From assembly GCF_018350175.1 (NCBI RefSeq), contig NC_058368.1, forward strand, positions 146,694,001-146,758,000: DNA of 64,000 nucleotides, in the 5' to 3' direction. Under the pieces are notes generated by a model, which was given only the letters and a program-made list of their open reading frames with translations, made no database searches and was not told where the DNA came from. A program made the position numbers and the translations under genes. The stretch's first letter is position 1, and every line of letters starts with the position of its first letter. Below, in pieces: positions 13,547 to 26,746 of the stretch. The DNA is from Felis catus. Taxonomy: Eukaryota.

Positions 13547-16500
13547 GTGGTAAATATCACATTTGTGTCTCACAAAAAGATGAACTGCAATTTTATCTAG
13601 TGTCTGTGAAAATTCTGTTTTCTTTTTAATAGAGATGAAAAGAAATCAAGAGATTCTGAACAGAGTATCTAACTTTTTAGGAGAACTAGTTAGTGCCCAG
13701 TGATTATTCTTCATAGTTATTTGACCAAGTTAAGAAATCGTAAACTATCAATGAGAAGAATTTGAAATGGGTCAAATATTATGGAGAAGAGTTCATTATC
13801 AATTAAGTTTTGATAGGACCTGTTGCTTTGTAAACTTCTCCCTTTCAAGAAGCTGATAGAAGAGATTTAAAAACAAGAGTTTAATGTTCCGGGGATTCTT
13901 TCTCCACTAGAAGTTGAAAGAAAGTTTTCATTTTTGAATCTTGTATTTTCAAAGTTTTCATTTTTGAATCAAATTTACAAGATTTATACAAAATTTTGAC
14001 ACAGAAAAACAAATACTATTTGGAATGTTGCATAGAGGGGTAAGAGTAAGTCATTCCGTGGTTGAGGAACCTTCCTTACTCCAGTTTTTCCTTTTCACCA
14101 CCTAGCTGTTTGCATTTTTCTTCATAAATTGATTTGCTTACATATGTATCAAGTAGAGGACCAGCTGGGATAGGACTGTCACAGCAGTAACTGATTAATA
14201 CTGGATATCCTGTTTCTTTTCTTTAACTGAGAGCCATGAACCCAAGCAAACTCCTTTTTTAAAGCAAAACAAAGCTTTTTTAGAAAGTTTATTTCTAAAT
14301 CTTCTATATTTCTGAAACAATGGCTTTTTAACCTGGAAAAAAGGCAGTTTTCATCTCTGTGTAAGGAAAATGTCAATTAGTCACATTACATGTTTACCAT
14401 CAATTTCTTTTGTTCGTGCTTGTGATACTAGTTATCTGCTGAGATGTTAGCACCATTGATCAAGGCCCTGTGGTGTGTATTTTACAGATAAAAGATCCCC
14501 TGGTATCTCTGAATGATAGTTGGGACTCCTAGAGTCCCAACTATATATAATCAGAAATTCATCTTGAAAGGATGTTAAACTCTGTCTAACTTTAGTAGAT
14601 TACTTTTGCAAGATAACTTTCAAAAGCCGACACTCCACCCCCATTCCCACCCCCAAACACACACACACTCTACCCCTCCCCCCCCCCCCCCCCCCAGTGT
14701 GTTTATGGAATCCAGGGGAAGACTTGCAAAGAGCTGAGGAGAGAGAAGAGCTCCTTAGCTATGCTGCTTGACAAAAATTAGTCAAGTCCCTCTTAGGTCT
14801 GTGGAATTGAGGTCACTCTCTGAGAGTGAAGAATTTTGGCAGGCTGGGAGGTCCTGTGTTCTCCAGAAGACCTGCAGGTTAACTTTTTGCTTTTATGTTA
14901 ATGTGAGACAGAAACAAATTCTTGACAATAAAATACAGATTATTTGGAACAAAACAAGCTAAGTATTTATTAGGTTTGATAGATTTTGATGAGTAACTTA
15001 ATTCAGTTCTGAGTTTTCCCTCTCAGTATTAAGATTGGTTCAAATGAGTTCTCTGGTTTGTAGAGATAATTTTCATGTGAGAGAACCATGCGTAGCTTTT
15101 GGGTTTGGGCCAGGGTTTTTTGAATCATTTTATGCCTTTGGCAGCTGATGTATTCAAATCCATTTGGGGGGAAAAAGAAAGAGAAAACAACTGAAAAGTT
15201 ACAAAATCCAGTTTAATTGAAATAGTTGTCTCTTTTGGCACTTTGGTTTTTTACAGAGACAGAGAACAGTCATTTAACGGGAACTCTAGGAGCAACTTTA
15301 CCATATAATAGGCAACATTAAGCAGTTTCATACTGGATACAAAATAATTATCTCTTCATAAAGTGCGAGTTTGTTATAGAACACGTAGAAAATTATATAT
15401 CTGAAGTGGCTTTCCTCTATATCAACTACTTAAGTTGTATGTCCTAATTTTCTCTGCCATCAGGAAAGAATGAAAATGCAAAGTAATTTAGAGTTCTCTT
15501 TTCAGACATAGCCTTGATGTTATTCTGTTCCTTGGGGGAGGCAACGAGAGTTTGGGGTTTGGGTTGGAGAACATGAGTCTCGGAGACACAGACAAATGTG
15601 CAGAAGTCTGATCAGCATTTATTTTTGTCAATGGTGTTGAAATGAATTCTCCGTAAACTGTGCTGGCTTTTTGGCATATTTCTCAGTTTGCCTGTCCAGC
15701 CCTAGAAGAGGGTTGATCTAGGGTAGACCAGCCAGGATGTTTGCTTATGATTCCAAATGAGGAGGAAAAAAATCAAGATGGGAGTAGGGCATTTTTCTCT
15801 GCCCATTCTGAGAATCTACATTTCTGTGTGTATAAGACACTGTCCATTTGAGAGAGGCTCTATTACATTCTTAGAACTTGGAACTGATTTTCTGAGGAGA
15901 GATCTCTTTCTAATATTTAACTTCAGTGAAAAAATATATTATTAAACCTGAAGTCAATGATTTATTTTTTTATACCCTTTACCCTGCAAGTGATATTAAA
16001 AATAAAGCTGTAAAGAATTCAGGAGGAAACAAAGAGTTATTCAGAAAACTGGAGTTTCCTTTGCTAAAGTTAGGTTGGCAATAACATGGAGCCAAATCAA
16101 AGCATCTTAGCCAAAATAAATCTGCACAATGGAGCTATCAGATATGAGGTAATAGTGTCACATGCCTGTGGGTATCCAACATTCTTGTAAAAACCACAGA
16201 CCCAAAATTTGGTCCTGCACCATTAAGCCCCAGTTCTGCCAAGCAACAACACAGAACGCAGGTTTTCAATCACTGTTGCAAGCCCAATGTAATTCCCACC
16301 CAAAACAATTAAATCTTTTACCAGAGGTCTGAGTCTGGGCAGCCTAAGCCCTGAGAATCACTTCAGTGGCATGGAATCTGAATCTCATTTCAGTGTGAAA
16401 ATGAGGCAGTCATTGTTCAGATCAGGAGGAAAAGTCAGCTGCAAAATACACGGCAGGCCAGGAACTAGTAACTTGAAGTGATATTTGTTGAGGTTAGATT

Positions 16501-16559
16501 AGAAAAAGGTTAGCTAAGAAATTTATAAGTTCTTTCTGATAGCTGCATAGACCATCTTA

Positions 16560-17060
16560 TAGTGTTCATTTTTGCTGATTAGAAAAATAATTCACGCTGT
16601 CTTTAGGGAAGTGGAAAATATATAAGAATATATAGAATAAACTATTACCTCCTCATATAACTTAGATATCTGAGAGTGTGTGTAAAATTTGGATCAGTGC
16701 ATGTTTTTTGTATTTTGCTTTTCATTGCATATTTTCTGTATTTTGCTTTTTAATTTTAACTTAAAACTTCTTTTAGTATTTTCCATTTCCCTATATATTC
16801 TTCACAGACAAGATATACAGACTATATATATATATATATATATATTCACTCTATAGATTTTTACCCATTTGCTGCTAGTATAATTAATATTTTAGATAAC
16901 TATTGTTCACATCTCTGATTATTTTTTTAAGATAGAATTTTAGAAGTGGAATTATGGGATGTAAGTGGTGGAACTTTTTGAGGTTCTTGATGTCTATCAC
17001 CAACTGTTTTCCAGAATGGTTATTGTCTGTCTCACGTATCATTTGCCAACAGTGAGCAAC
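16560..17060 (-). mobile_element. Old degenerate L1 3' fragment
   Basis: tagaagtggaattatgggat...gttttccagaatggtt resembles ancient L1M 3' ends. Confidence 0.55.
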
Positions 17061-17083
17061 ATCTTTGATTAGAAGTAGATGTG

Positions 17084-17270
17084 GGGGTGCCTGATTGGCT
17101 CAGTCAGTTGAGCATCTGACTTTGGCTCAGGGTCATGAAGTCATGGCTCCTGAATTCAAGCCCTACATAGGGCTTGGTGCTGTCAGTGTGGAGCCTACTT
17201 CCGATCCTCTGTCCCTCTCTCTCTCTGCCCCTGCCTCTCTCTCCCTCTCTGTAAAAGAAATGAAACATTT
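17084..17270 (+). mobile_element. CanSINE (older)
   Basis: ggggtgcctgattggctcagtcagttgag head; TSD core AGAAGTAGATGTG at 17071 and 17271. Confidence 0.92.
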
Positions 17271-17771
17271 AGAAGTAGATGTGGATAGGGTAGAATGCAA
17301 CACACTCTGTTGTTCATTATTTCTAACTATCAAATTATTTATTAAACAATACCAGTGTGTGCCAGGCATAATTCCTGGCAATGAGGATAAGTAGTAAACA
17401 AAAGAACCCCAAGTTCCTGTCTTCAGTGAGCTTACATTCTATTAAGGAGAAAAAAAAATACAATAAATAAATTATATAGGACATCGGAAGTTAATTGTTA
17501 TGAAGACAAATAAAACAAGAGATCTGGGAGTGTGTGTAGGGACAAGGACTCAGGGAGCATTACACAGTTTGCATATCCTGTGGATGTGTGGGAAAGTTTT
17601 CCACCTTTGAGGACTTTTTTACGTGTTTCCTGTAAGAGGTTAGTTAGAAAGTAACCTAGAAATGATTGCACGCCAAAATCCATAAGTATTTGAGGAACTC
17701 TGGAACTTTGGCTATAGAAAATATCCAATACAGATCTTTGTTAGTTTTAAGGAATTCCTATTGCTTTGCTT

Positions 17772-17806
17772 ATTAATTTAATTTAATTTAATTTAATTTA
17801 ATTTAA
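17772..17806. repeat. (TTTAA)n pentanucleotide repeat
   Basis: Direct reading. Confidence 0.9.
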
Positions 17807-19332
17807 ATTTTTATTTTGATGCTGCTTTAATAGGTCTGTTAAAGACAACTTAGTTACGTATCAGCAACAGGTTGAATATGACTTTTATTTTGCTTTGTTG
17901 CTCCATTTCCTGTTTCCTTGTTTATTATCTATCTAAAAGAGTAGCAAAAGCAAAAACAAAAGGCTTTATGGGTGGAGGGTGAGAGATGATAAGGGAAAGG
18001 AAGTAAGCAAAGAAAAGGAAAACAGAGAAATAATTAGCAACCCCTTTTAGAGCAAATGTCGGTTCCTGGCTTCAGGGAGACCTGCCAGTCAAAGGATCCT
18101 CTGATCTTCCTTCCCAAGGCCATCAAGGCAGTTACTCAGTGGTACCATTCAGGCTACTAGAGTTGGATTTCAATCCATTTAATTTCTGGATCTCCACCAG
18201 AAAAATAAAAACACCCTTCATTCTGTGTTTTGGCAAAAACAAACAAACAAACACAAACCACACCTTTATTAAGCTTCCCTTGGTTCTTTGCAATTTTATC
18301 GCTTTTCAAAGACTCTTATATAGTGGGGATCTCCTTATCTCGATCTTAATTTTTGGCATGATTGAGGAGGATTTTAAAACAAAGCTAGGAAAAGAGGTTG
18401 AAGGAAAAGTAGCAGGTCTCCTAATCTGGAGGCTTTCAAACTTTAGATCTTCTCACAAATTATTTTATCAAAGATCAAGGTTTTTACCATACTTAAAAGT
18501 TTTAAAAGCCATTTGTTTTTCTGAGAAGAAAAATCAGATATTGTCTAATATACTTATTATACATTTTTAAAAGATATAAAAGTAGCCACAGTGCTATTGG
18601 TTTGTTTGTTTGTTTGGCATGTTCTGAGTTGGAAACAACGGCTTTACTCTTAAATACAACTCTTTTTTCTCTATCTTTCCCAAATAAAATCCCTTAATTC
18701 AAGCCACAAACTTATTTTAAATTTAATTCAAGAAAAGACATAGATCTGTAGGACCAAGAAAGATAGTCATCTCAGCCATTGCACACGAATCTGAATCTGT
18801 CCCTCTACCAAGTGAAGAAAGTTTGACTCTATCAGATTTGGTAGCATTAGATGTGATGTACAACATGATAGCATGCAAAGCATATTGAAAAAGTGATTCT
18901 CAAGTTGATCCAGAAAGATACTGAACAAACTTGTCCCATATCACATTCTAGTTATCAGGAGACCCAAGGCTAGGAAATTGCTCTCTTAATTATAGTCTGA
19001 AGTTTATAATTTTTCAACAGACATAGGGACTGTGTTTTTCATACAATTATTGATGATGGAGACATTTTAAGGTAACAAGAAATTGAATGTAAGCCCAAGA
19101 GCCCTGAGTGCTTAACATCTCAAAGTCCAAGTTTCTCCAAATCCTACTGGATTCTTGTAAGAGATAATGCATACCAAGTACCTAGGAGAGGGCTTCATCC
19201 ATTATAGGTGCTGAATAAATGACAGGTGTTATTCTGATGGAAAGCAAAAGATAATTCTGGTTATAGTTCATTGCCCAGACTGGGAAATCAAAAGATACCA
19301 TCTAAAGATACAGTTATAAAGATAACCAATAG

Positions 19333-19560
19333 AGGGGCGTCTGGGTGTCTCAGTCATTTAAGCGTCTGACTTCGACTTAGGTCATTATCTCATGGTTCTC
19401 TAGTTGGAGCCCCGTGTTGGGCTGTGTGCTGACAGCTCAGAGCCTGAAGACTGCTTCAGATTCTGTCTCTCCCTCTCTCTGCCCCTCTCCCACGCGTGCT
19501 CTGTCTCTCCCTGTCTCTCAAAAAATAAACATTAAAAATAATTTTTTTAATTAAAAAAGA
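19333..19560 (+). mobile_element. CanSINE
   Basis: ggggcgtctgggtgtctcagtc head, (CT)n, A tail; degenerate TSD aaccaataga/aatcaataga. Confidence 0.92.
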
Positions 19561-19619
19561 AAATCAATAGAAAAACATAAAAGAAAAACAAATATATTTT
19601 ATAGTAAGTTATATATGAC

Positions 19620-19826
19620 TTTTTATTATTTTTTAATATTTATTTATTTATTTTTGAGAGTGAGAGACAGCACAAGAGGGGGAGGTGCAGAGAGACAGAA
19701 TATGAAGCAGAGCCCCATGAGGAGCTCAAACCCACTAACCATGAGATCATGACCTGAGCCAAAGTCAGACACTTAAATGACCGAGCCACCCAGATGCTTA
19801 AATGACTGAGCCACTCAGACGCTCCT
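19620..19826 (-). mobile_element. CanSINE with duplicated 5' segment
   Basis: Minus-strand SINE body; 25-nt tandem duplication at 19772-19821. Confidence 0.88.
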
Positions 19827-19981
19827 AGCAAGATATATTTTTAGCAGTTTGTCTTTTGTATCAATATGCTTAACTGTGGTCAGTGTTCCAATTGAGAGAA
19901 AACAACTTCCAGATTTATATTGTAAAGCAAAACTTAACTGTATAGTGCATATAAGAATCACATCTAAAGCAGAATTATTCA

Positions 19982-20220
19982 GGGGTCACCTAAGTGGCTC
20001 TATTGGTTAAGCTTCTGACTCTTGATTTTGGCTCAGGTCATGATCTCATGGTTTGTAGGAATGAGCTGTGCGTCAGACTCCGCACTGTTAGTGTGCAGCC
20101 TACTAGGGATTCTCTCTCTGCCTCTCTGTCTCTGTCTCTGTTTCTGTCTCTGTCTCTCTCTCTCTCTCTCCCTCAAAATAAATAAAAATAAATGAATAAG
20201 TAAGAACTTTAATAAAAAAA
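19982..20220 (+). mobile_element. CanSINE (older)
   Basis: ggggtcacctaagtggctc...ggctcaggtcatgatctc, (CT)n, A-rich tail. Confidence 0.9.
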
Positions 20221-20869
20221 TAAAACAAAATTACTAAGGAAGGTTGAATATGAAATGACGGAAACATGTATATTGGGTAAGTATAAAAAATAAATTAGCA
20301 AATGTCTCAATTTTTCTTAACCAAACAAATGAATTTAGATAAAACCAATCAATTAAATAAGGCAAGAAAACATACTTTATAGTGGCAAAGAGGTAAAAGA
20401 AAGAATACAAATTTTATTGCACTGTCATTATAATTACACAAAATTACATGTGCCCATAAGGGCTGGGAGAAAACATGACAGAGTGATGAGATTATGGATT
20501 TTTTTTTCTCTACTTCCACTCCCATTAATATTGTTACACTTAATAATAATAACATCAAATTTCTTAAGTCAAGCATTCATTACATATTTAGAAATGTAGG
20601 ATATCTAGAACAAAATTTCTCAGACGTATCTCATTGCCAAAGGAAAAAAAAAATACACGTGTGCTGTAGAGAGACTTTGAAATACGTATATTTTCCACTC
20701 AGAGTGTAAAAGCTTTTTTCTTTATCATTAAAATAATTTCAGTTAGATAGTTCAACAAAAACTGTTGAGTCATTCTAATTCCATTGCAATGTAATGGCTC
20801 TGTTGCTCTTATCATTTGCTACTTTTCGACTATCAAGTAGTTAATTCTGTTCTTCCTCCATTTTTATAG

Positions 20870-21040
<171 letters not shown>

Positions 21041-22349
21041 TAATCTGCATTTCAATTATCAAGCAAATTCAAGATGAATAAACTTCATTAGTTCAAGACA
21101 CAAACTGGATGTCATATATGGCATCTCTTGCTGCTTATGGAATATTTCACTCCTCCAATACATTTGCAAAATTCATTTTCAGTAATGTCTTTACCTTAGA
21201 TTTCAGATGCTTAAGATAACAATGTCATATTCGTATTGCAAAAAACTACCTGGCAGTATCTTTAAGAAAAACAAAGTACCAGCCCAAGAGTCTGTCCACC
21301 TGTTTATTCTGATGAGGAGAAATTAAAAAAAAAAAAAAGTCAACATCTAAGAATCGGGTTATATCATGAGATAATCTGGATTTTTTTACTCTGGTAGAAA
21401 AATAAGAACTGGTACCATTTGGTCCATGTTGGAACGTGTCAGTGGTTTGAAGTTCTGGGGCTTAAAAACCATTGCCCTCCCTCACTAGGGTTGTTCCCTC
21501 ATTTTGTAGGCATTTGAAGTTTATAATCATTTCTGTAGGAGCTCATTATGTGTTTATAAACAATAGAACAAAAGCAGCGTCACTCTATTGTTGAATACCT
21601 TCAACGTCTGCTAAAATAAAAACATTTGTGATGTAAGCTCTGTAGCAAGAATTGCTTAGTCAACATTAAACAGATAAAATTAAGAACACTGATTTTAGAA
21701 AGTGTTTATTACTGACCAATATGTTTGAATTTCTGAGGCACACTGTATAGACGTCCTCCTTTAAAAAAAACAGGAATTCCATAAAAATTTTTTAACCTTT
21801 CACAATTGATAATGGTGTTAGAATATGAAAATTTAGCCTCTAGACCTAGAATTTTTCATCAAGTAAGAGTACAATTGCAAAATATAAATTTCATTGGATT
21901 CATTTGTCTTTGGATATAAAAGTAGTGAACTAAAAATACACAATCTGCAGATATTTTAGGAACAACTTAAACCCCAATACTAAGAAATTCTATCAGAAGA
22001 AAGAAAACACTGAGATACACAGAGCTCAGATGAAACTCAGCTGTCAGCCCTGTCACTCTCTCTGCTATTGTCTTATCTAAAGTCGAATTTATTATGACTA
22101 TCCTTTCTGTCTGAGCAGCTTCCCTGGCTTTGTGCATTACTTCAGCACTTCTGCCACGGGACTGGTGAAAATAGCAAATCAGGTATTTGCTCTTTTCCCT
22201 GTTTCTAGTGTAAGAAGTCTTTAATGAACTGTTTGTCTTTCTCTGAATGTCATGTTTGCCTTCTTAGGTCTCCAAATGTTCCTTGGAGTCATGCCTTTCC
22301 CTTTGTGATCCAAGCATTCTTGTATGCCCCATGTTATTTTTTCCTAAAG

Positions 22350-22591
22350 CAGGGTTTCTCAACAGCAGCACTGTTAATATTTTGGCCCAGGTAATGCTTA
22401 GTTGTGGGGGCTGTCCTGTGCATTGCAAGTGTGTGTTCTTGCCCTCCATGCAATGAATGCCTGGAACGTTCTTCTCCACCCCCCTATCCTCCTCCTTTGT
22501 TTTGTAAGAACCATCAGCGTCACTAGACCATGCCACCTATCCCTGGGGAGGGAGGGAGAGAGAGAAAACTGCCCCAGTTTGAGGACCACTG
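22350..22591. mobile_element. MER20-like hAT element
   Basis: Ends cagggtttctcaac / tttgaggaccactg; degenerate 8-bp TSD tcctaaag/ccctatag. Confidence 0.85.
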
Positions 22592-22934
22592 CCCTATAGC
22601 TACACAGGCTTTACAAAAACAGCATCCTGGTTTACATTTCCAGATGGGAAAAAAGATTTGTAAGACGTTGGTTCTACTTGATTAAGGGAGAAAACCAAAC
22701 CAAACAGAAAGATTCCTGTATTTTGTCACTCTTTTGTCTGATTTTTATTCATATAGACTTAACTCTTTGTTAATCAAATACTCTGGGGAATGTTATAAAT
22801 GTCTATAGACTTTTATAAAAGACTCATTTCTCCTTTCACATGTTTTAGACATCCTTAAACATACAGACCTAAATAATTATACTTTTAATTAAATACGTGT
22901 GAAGAGGATTATAATATGTGTATATAAAAGCCAT

Positions 22935-23942
22935 TATTTCCAATTTTACTGAGAGTTAACTGACATACATCACTGTATAAGTTTAAGGCATACAGCATGA
23001 TGGTTTGATTTACATAAATTGTGAAAATGATTGCCACAGTAGGTTCAGCTAACATTCATCTTCTCACATAGATAAAAGAAAAAGAAAAGAAAGAAAAAAG
23101 AATAAAGGGAAAACATTTTTTTCCTTGTGATGAGAACTATTACGATTTACTGTCAACTTTCCTGTATATCATACAGCATTGTTAGCCATAGTCATTGTGT
23201 TACATTGCATCCTATTACTTATGTATCTTAAAGCTGGAAGTTCATACATTTTGATCACTTTCTATGAGTCTGTTTGGTTTTTTGTTTTAGATTCCACATA
23301 TTTAGAGTTAGATTTTAGATTTGCTTTAGATTCCACGTGTAAGTATTTGTCTTTCTCTGTCTGAATTACTTTACTTTGTATAATGCCCATTCGTGTTGTC
23401 TCCAATGGTAGGATTTTCTCATTTTTTATGGCTGAATAATATTCCATTATATGTATGTATATATACCCACAACTTCTTTATCTGTTCATCCATTGATGGA
23501 CACTCAGTTGTTTCCGTGTCTTGGCCATTGTAAATAATACTGCAATGAACATGAGGGTGCAGATATCTTTTTGAATTAGTGTTTTTGTTACCTGTGGATA
23601 TATTCCCAGAAGCAGAATTACTGGATATATGGCAGTTCTATTTTAATTTTTTAAGGATCCCTCAAACTTCCCTGCTACTTTTCTAGTAGCTGTACTAATT
23701 TACAATCCTGCAATGGTTCCCCTTTCTCCACATCCTCACCAGTATTTATCTCTCTTTTTTTTTTTTTTTGATGATGGCCTTTCCAATAGGCACGAGGTGA
23801 TATGTCATTGTGATTTTAATTTGCATTTCCCTAATGACTACTGATCTTGAACATCTTTTCATGTACCTCTTGGCCTTTGTGTATATTCATTGAAGAAAGT
23901 CTTTTTGGACCCTTTGCCCATTTTTTAATTGGGTTATTTGGA
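22935..23942 (-). mobile_element. Old L1 3' end (ORF2 C-terminus plus 3' UTR)
   Basis: Minus-strand remnants NNPIKKWAK and MEYYSAIKNEKILP typical of L1 ORF2. Confidence 0.9.
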
Positions 23943-24639
23943 GTTGCCGCTGCCCTTCTGGTCTGAGGGGCTGGAAGACACTGTCTGCAACAGATGAGGC
24001 TGTGACTCAGCACCTTGCCTGGGTGTGAGCAAACCAAGCTCTAGAGCTGGCAAATCTCCTCATTTGAGGATCTGAATCAGGCAGATATGTTCCCTGGTCA
24101 GAGTGCACTTCTGACTTGGCTCTGCAGATAAGCAATGCTGCTGGCTGGGATTACTACTTAGGCACTGCAGGTATGAATTTGGTCTACGAAGATTCATGTG
24201 CTGGTTGTTTCAGACCCCTCCCCCTCTTTGGAGTCATAGTCAGATTCCCCGTGGCTGAGTCCCAAAGATTCCCCTGTAATACCCGTGGTGCAACATCAGA
24301 GTAGGGCTCCCACAAAGCATCCCACAATGCTGGGGAAGCTGGTTTTCTTCCTGGCGTTCTTTTTTCCAACTGGAAGAACCTGAGGCTCAGAGAAGACCTC
24401 TTCGCTTGATGCTGCACACTCCTGGTGGAGGAGCAAAGTGGTCAATGGTTAGCCATTCTCTTATCCTGCTAATGGAGTCTGTCTTCGTCTCTGGGCTGCA
24501 GGGGAGTGCTTTAACCTCCCCTCCCTGTTCAAGGATTCTCTCAGTAGTGTCTTGTTCTTGAATAGATGCTAGTTGTTCTTGGAATCATCACTTTTTAGAG
24601 AACACCTCAGTGCATACTATCCACACATCTTTGGATCAT

Positions 24640-25915
24640 TTTGCAGATTCCTTACAGTCCCATCTGTTTACTTCCCAATTCCAACCATAGATAATGACTT
24701 CATTCTCCTATTTTCCTCTTTAGTATTATCACATATGCTTGTATTTGTAAACGACAAATTGTTTAGTTTTGCACATTTTTGAACTTCAAGTGGAATCATA
24801 TTGTATGTATTTTGTGACTTGCTTTTTTTGTTCAGCGTTATTTGTGAGATTTATCCATGTTGATACATTTAGCTGTATTTCTTCATTTTGCTGCTTATAG
24901 TATTTTATGTATAACTAACTATATAACATGTTATTTACCAGTTCTCCTGTCAATAGACATTTAGGTTATATTGAGTGTTTTTGCTATTATAGACAACATT
25001 TCTATAAATATTCTTCAATTTGTTCCAGGTAGACCTCTGTGAGTTTCCATAGGGTATTTTTCCAGGAGTGACATTGCTGAGTCATAGGATTTATGTGCCA
25101 TCAAATTTATTACAAAATGCCAAATTATTTTCCAAACTAGTTTTCCAATTTGCACCTTCCACCAGGAATATGTGAGAGGTCCTGTTACCCCACATCTTCT
25201 TTAACATTTGATATTATTGGACTTTGAGATTTTTGCCAATCTGGTGGGTATAAAATGTTATCTGTTGTGATTTAATTTGTGTTTACTTGGATACTTTTCC
25301 CTGAATATCATTTCATATACTTATATGGCATTCACTTATAGCTCTTTTGTAAAGGTTCTATTCATGTTTGTTCCTCATTTTTAAAAATTGATTACTTCTC
25401 TTTTTTATATTGATTCATAGGAGTCATTTTTATATCCTGTTTTGTAATCCCTTGGCAATTTTATCTGTTGCAAATATCTTCTCCCAGTTTGTAGACTGTT
25501 TTTACTCCTACCCTGTGGTATTTATTGATGAACAGAATTCTTCCTTTTGTTGCATTTTTCTTTATGGTTCAAAACTTTCTGTGTCTTAAGCAATCTTTAC
25601 CTACCCTAAAGTCAGAAAGATAGTCTACACTGTTTTCTAAATGTTTTAAGGTTTTTGCCTTTTATATTTTTGTATTTAAACCTTCCAAAATTAATTTCCC
25701 ATGTATTCCCTGAGGTAGGGAATGAAGTTCATTTTTATCCATATGAATACCCAATGTCCAAGTGAAAAAAACTACCTTTTCTCCACTGTTCTGCCATGTT
25801 GCTTCTGTCAAGTATCGAGCCTATATGTGTGGATCCATTTCTGGTCTATTTGCCTGTCCTTCCCAATACCGTACTCATTGAATTATTTTAGCCATATTAT
25901 AAGTCCTCATCTATA
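24640..25915 (-). mobile_element. Ancient L1M 3' fragment
   Basis: Degenerate L1 3' motifs such as gtggaatcatattgtatgtattttgtgacttgc and ttgcaaatatcttctcccagtttgt. Confidence 0.8.
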
Positions 25916-26418
25916 AATAGCTTTGAAAGAAATCTATATTGACAATGACAACTTTTAATGTGTCAGCATACCACAGAATCAAGTGTAAGTGAATTATATA
26001 ATTGATAGTTTTTAACCTTAACCTCACAAACCCATTAGTTTTCCGACTGAAGACATATAATAAATAAAAACTTTAAGATACTGATGGAGACAACACCGAT
26101 AAGCCACATGTTGGCATGAGACAGGTGCTTTTTAATTTGGAAGTGGCCCTTCCAGATGGGTAGATGAATATATGATCATTTAGCCTAGTGGTTCCTTACT
26201 AAAACACAGTTAAAGGTGATATAATCTGAGATTGAAACTAGGCACAGAGTCTCAGTATTTCGCTTTTGCTCTTGAAAAATTTCAATTCTTCAATTCTAAA
26301 TGATTGCCTTTGCTGAAGGTGCTTGATTGGGTACCGTAAAAAAGGAAAGAAAGCAAAAGATTCATACTAATAGAAATATTTAGATTATTTGGCAATAACC
26401 CAATTTACTTTTCTTCAG

Positions 26419-26601
26419 TTGCTTGCGGCCAGCCCCCTGTTGTAGAAAATGCCAAGACCTTTGGAAAGATGAAACCTCGTTATGAAATCAACTCCCTGAT
26501 TAGATATCACTGCAAAGATGGTTTCATTCAACGCCACCTTCCAACTATCCGTTGCCTAGGAAATGGAAGATGGGCTATGCCTAAAATTACCTGCATGAAC
26601 C
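26419..26601 (+). CDS. VCAN: Versican coding exon 14, sushi/CCP domain
   Basis: ttttcttcag|TT...ATGAACC|gtaagt; 183 nt; (V)[60 protein letters not shown], four Cys plus Trp of a CCP module. Confidence 0.98.
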
Positions 26602-26651
26602 GTAAGTGGTACTTTAGAAAGAATGGACAACCGTGCTCTAACAGCTACTAG
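26602..26651 (+). CDS. VCAN: Alternative C-terminus if last intron is retained (Vint-type isoform)
   Basis: Exon 14 frame continues through the donor as [16 protein letters not shown], stop TAG 26649-26651; a last-intron-retaining versican isoform (Vint) is described in other mammals. Confidence 0.6.
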
Positions 26652-26746
26652 ACACCCTCATTTTACAGCTACGGTATTGGTAGTTTAGGGTATGGAGCAA
26701 GTAATATTGTTGTGTTTTCTTTCTTTCTTTCTTTCCTTCCATGTAG

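Noticed and set aside
5647..18570. 130-145 aa intronic ORFs (5647, 8903, 18139)
   Set aside because: No recognisable domain, low-complexity composition, no exon-like boundaries
26669..26746. Cryptic acceptor ttttacag at 26668 adding 78 nt to the last exon
   Set aside because: Leaves only a 67-nt intron and hits TAG after six codons; no supporting evidence
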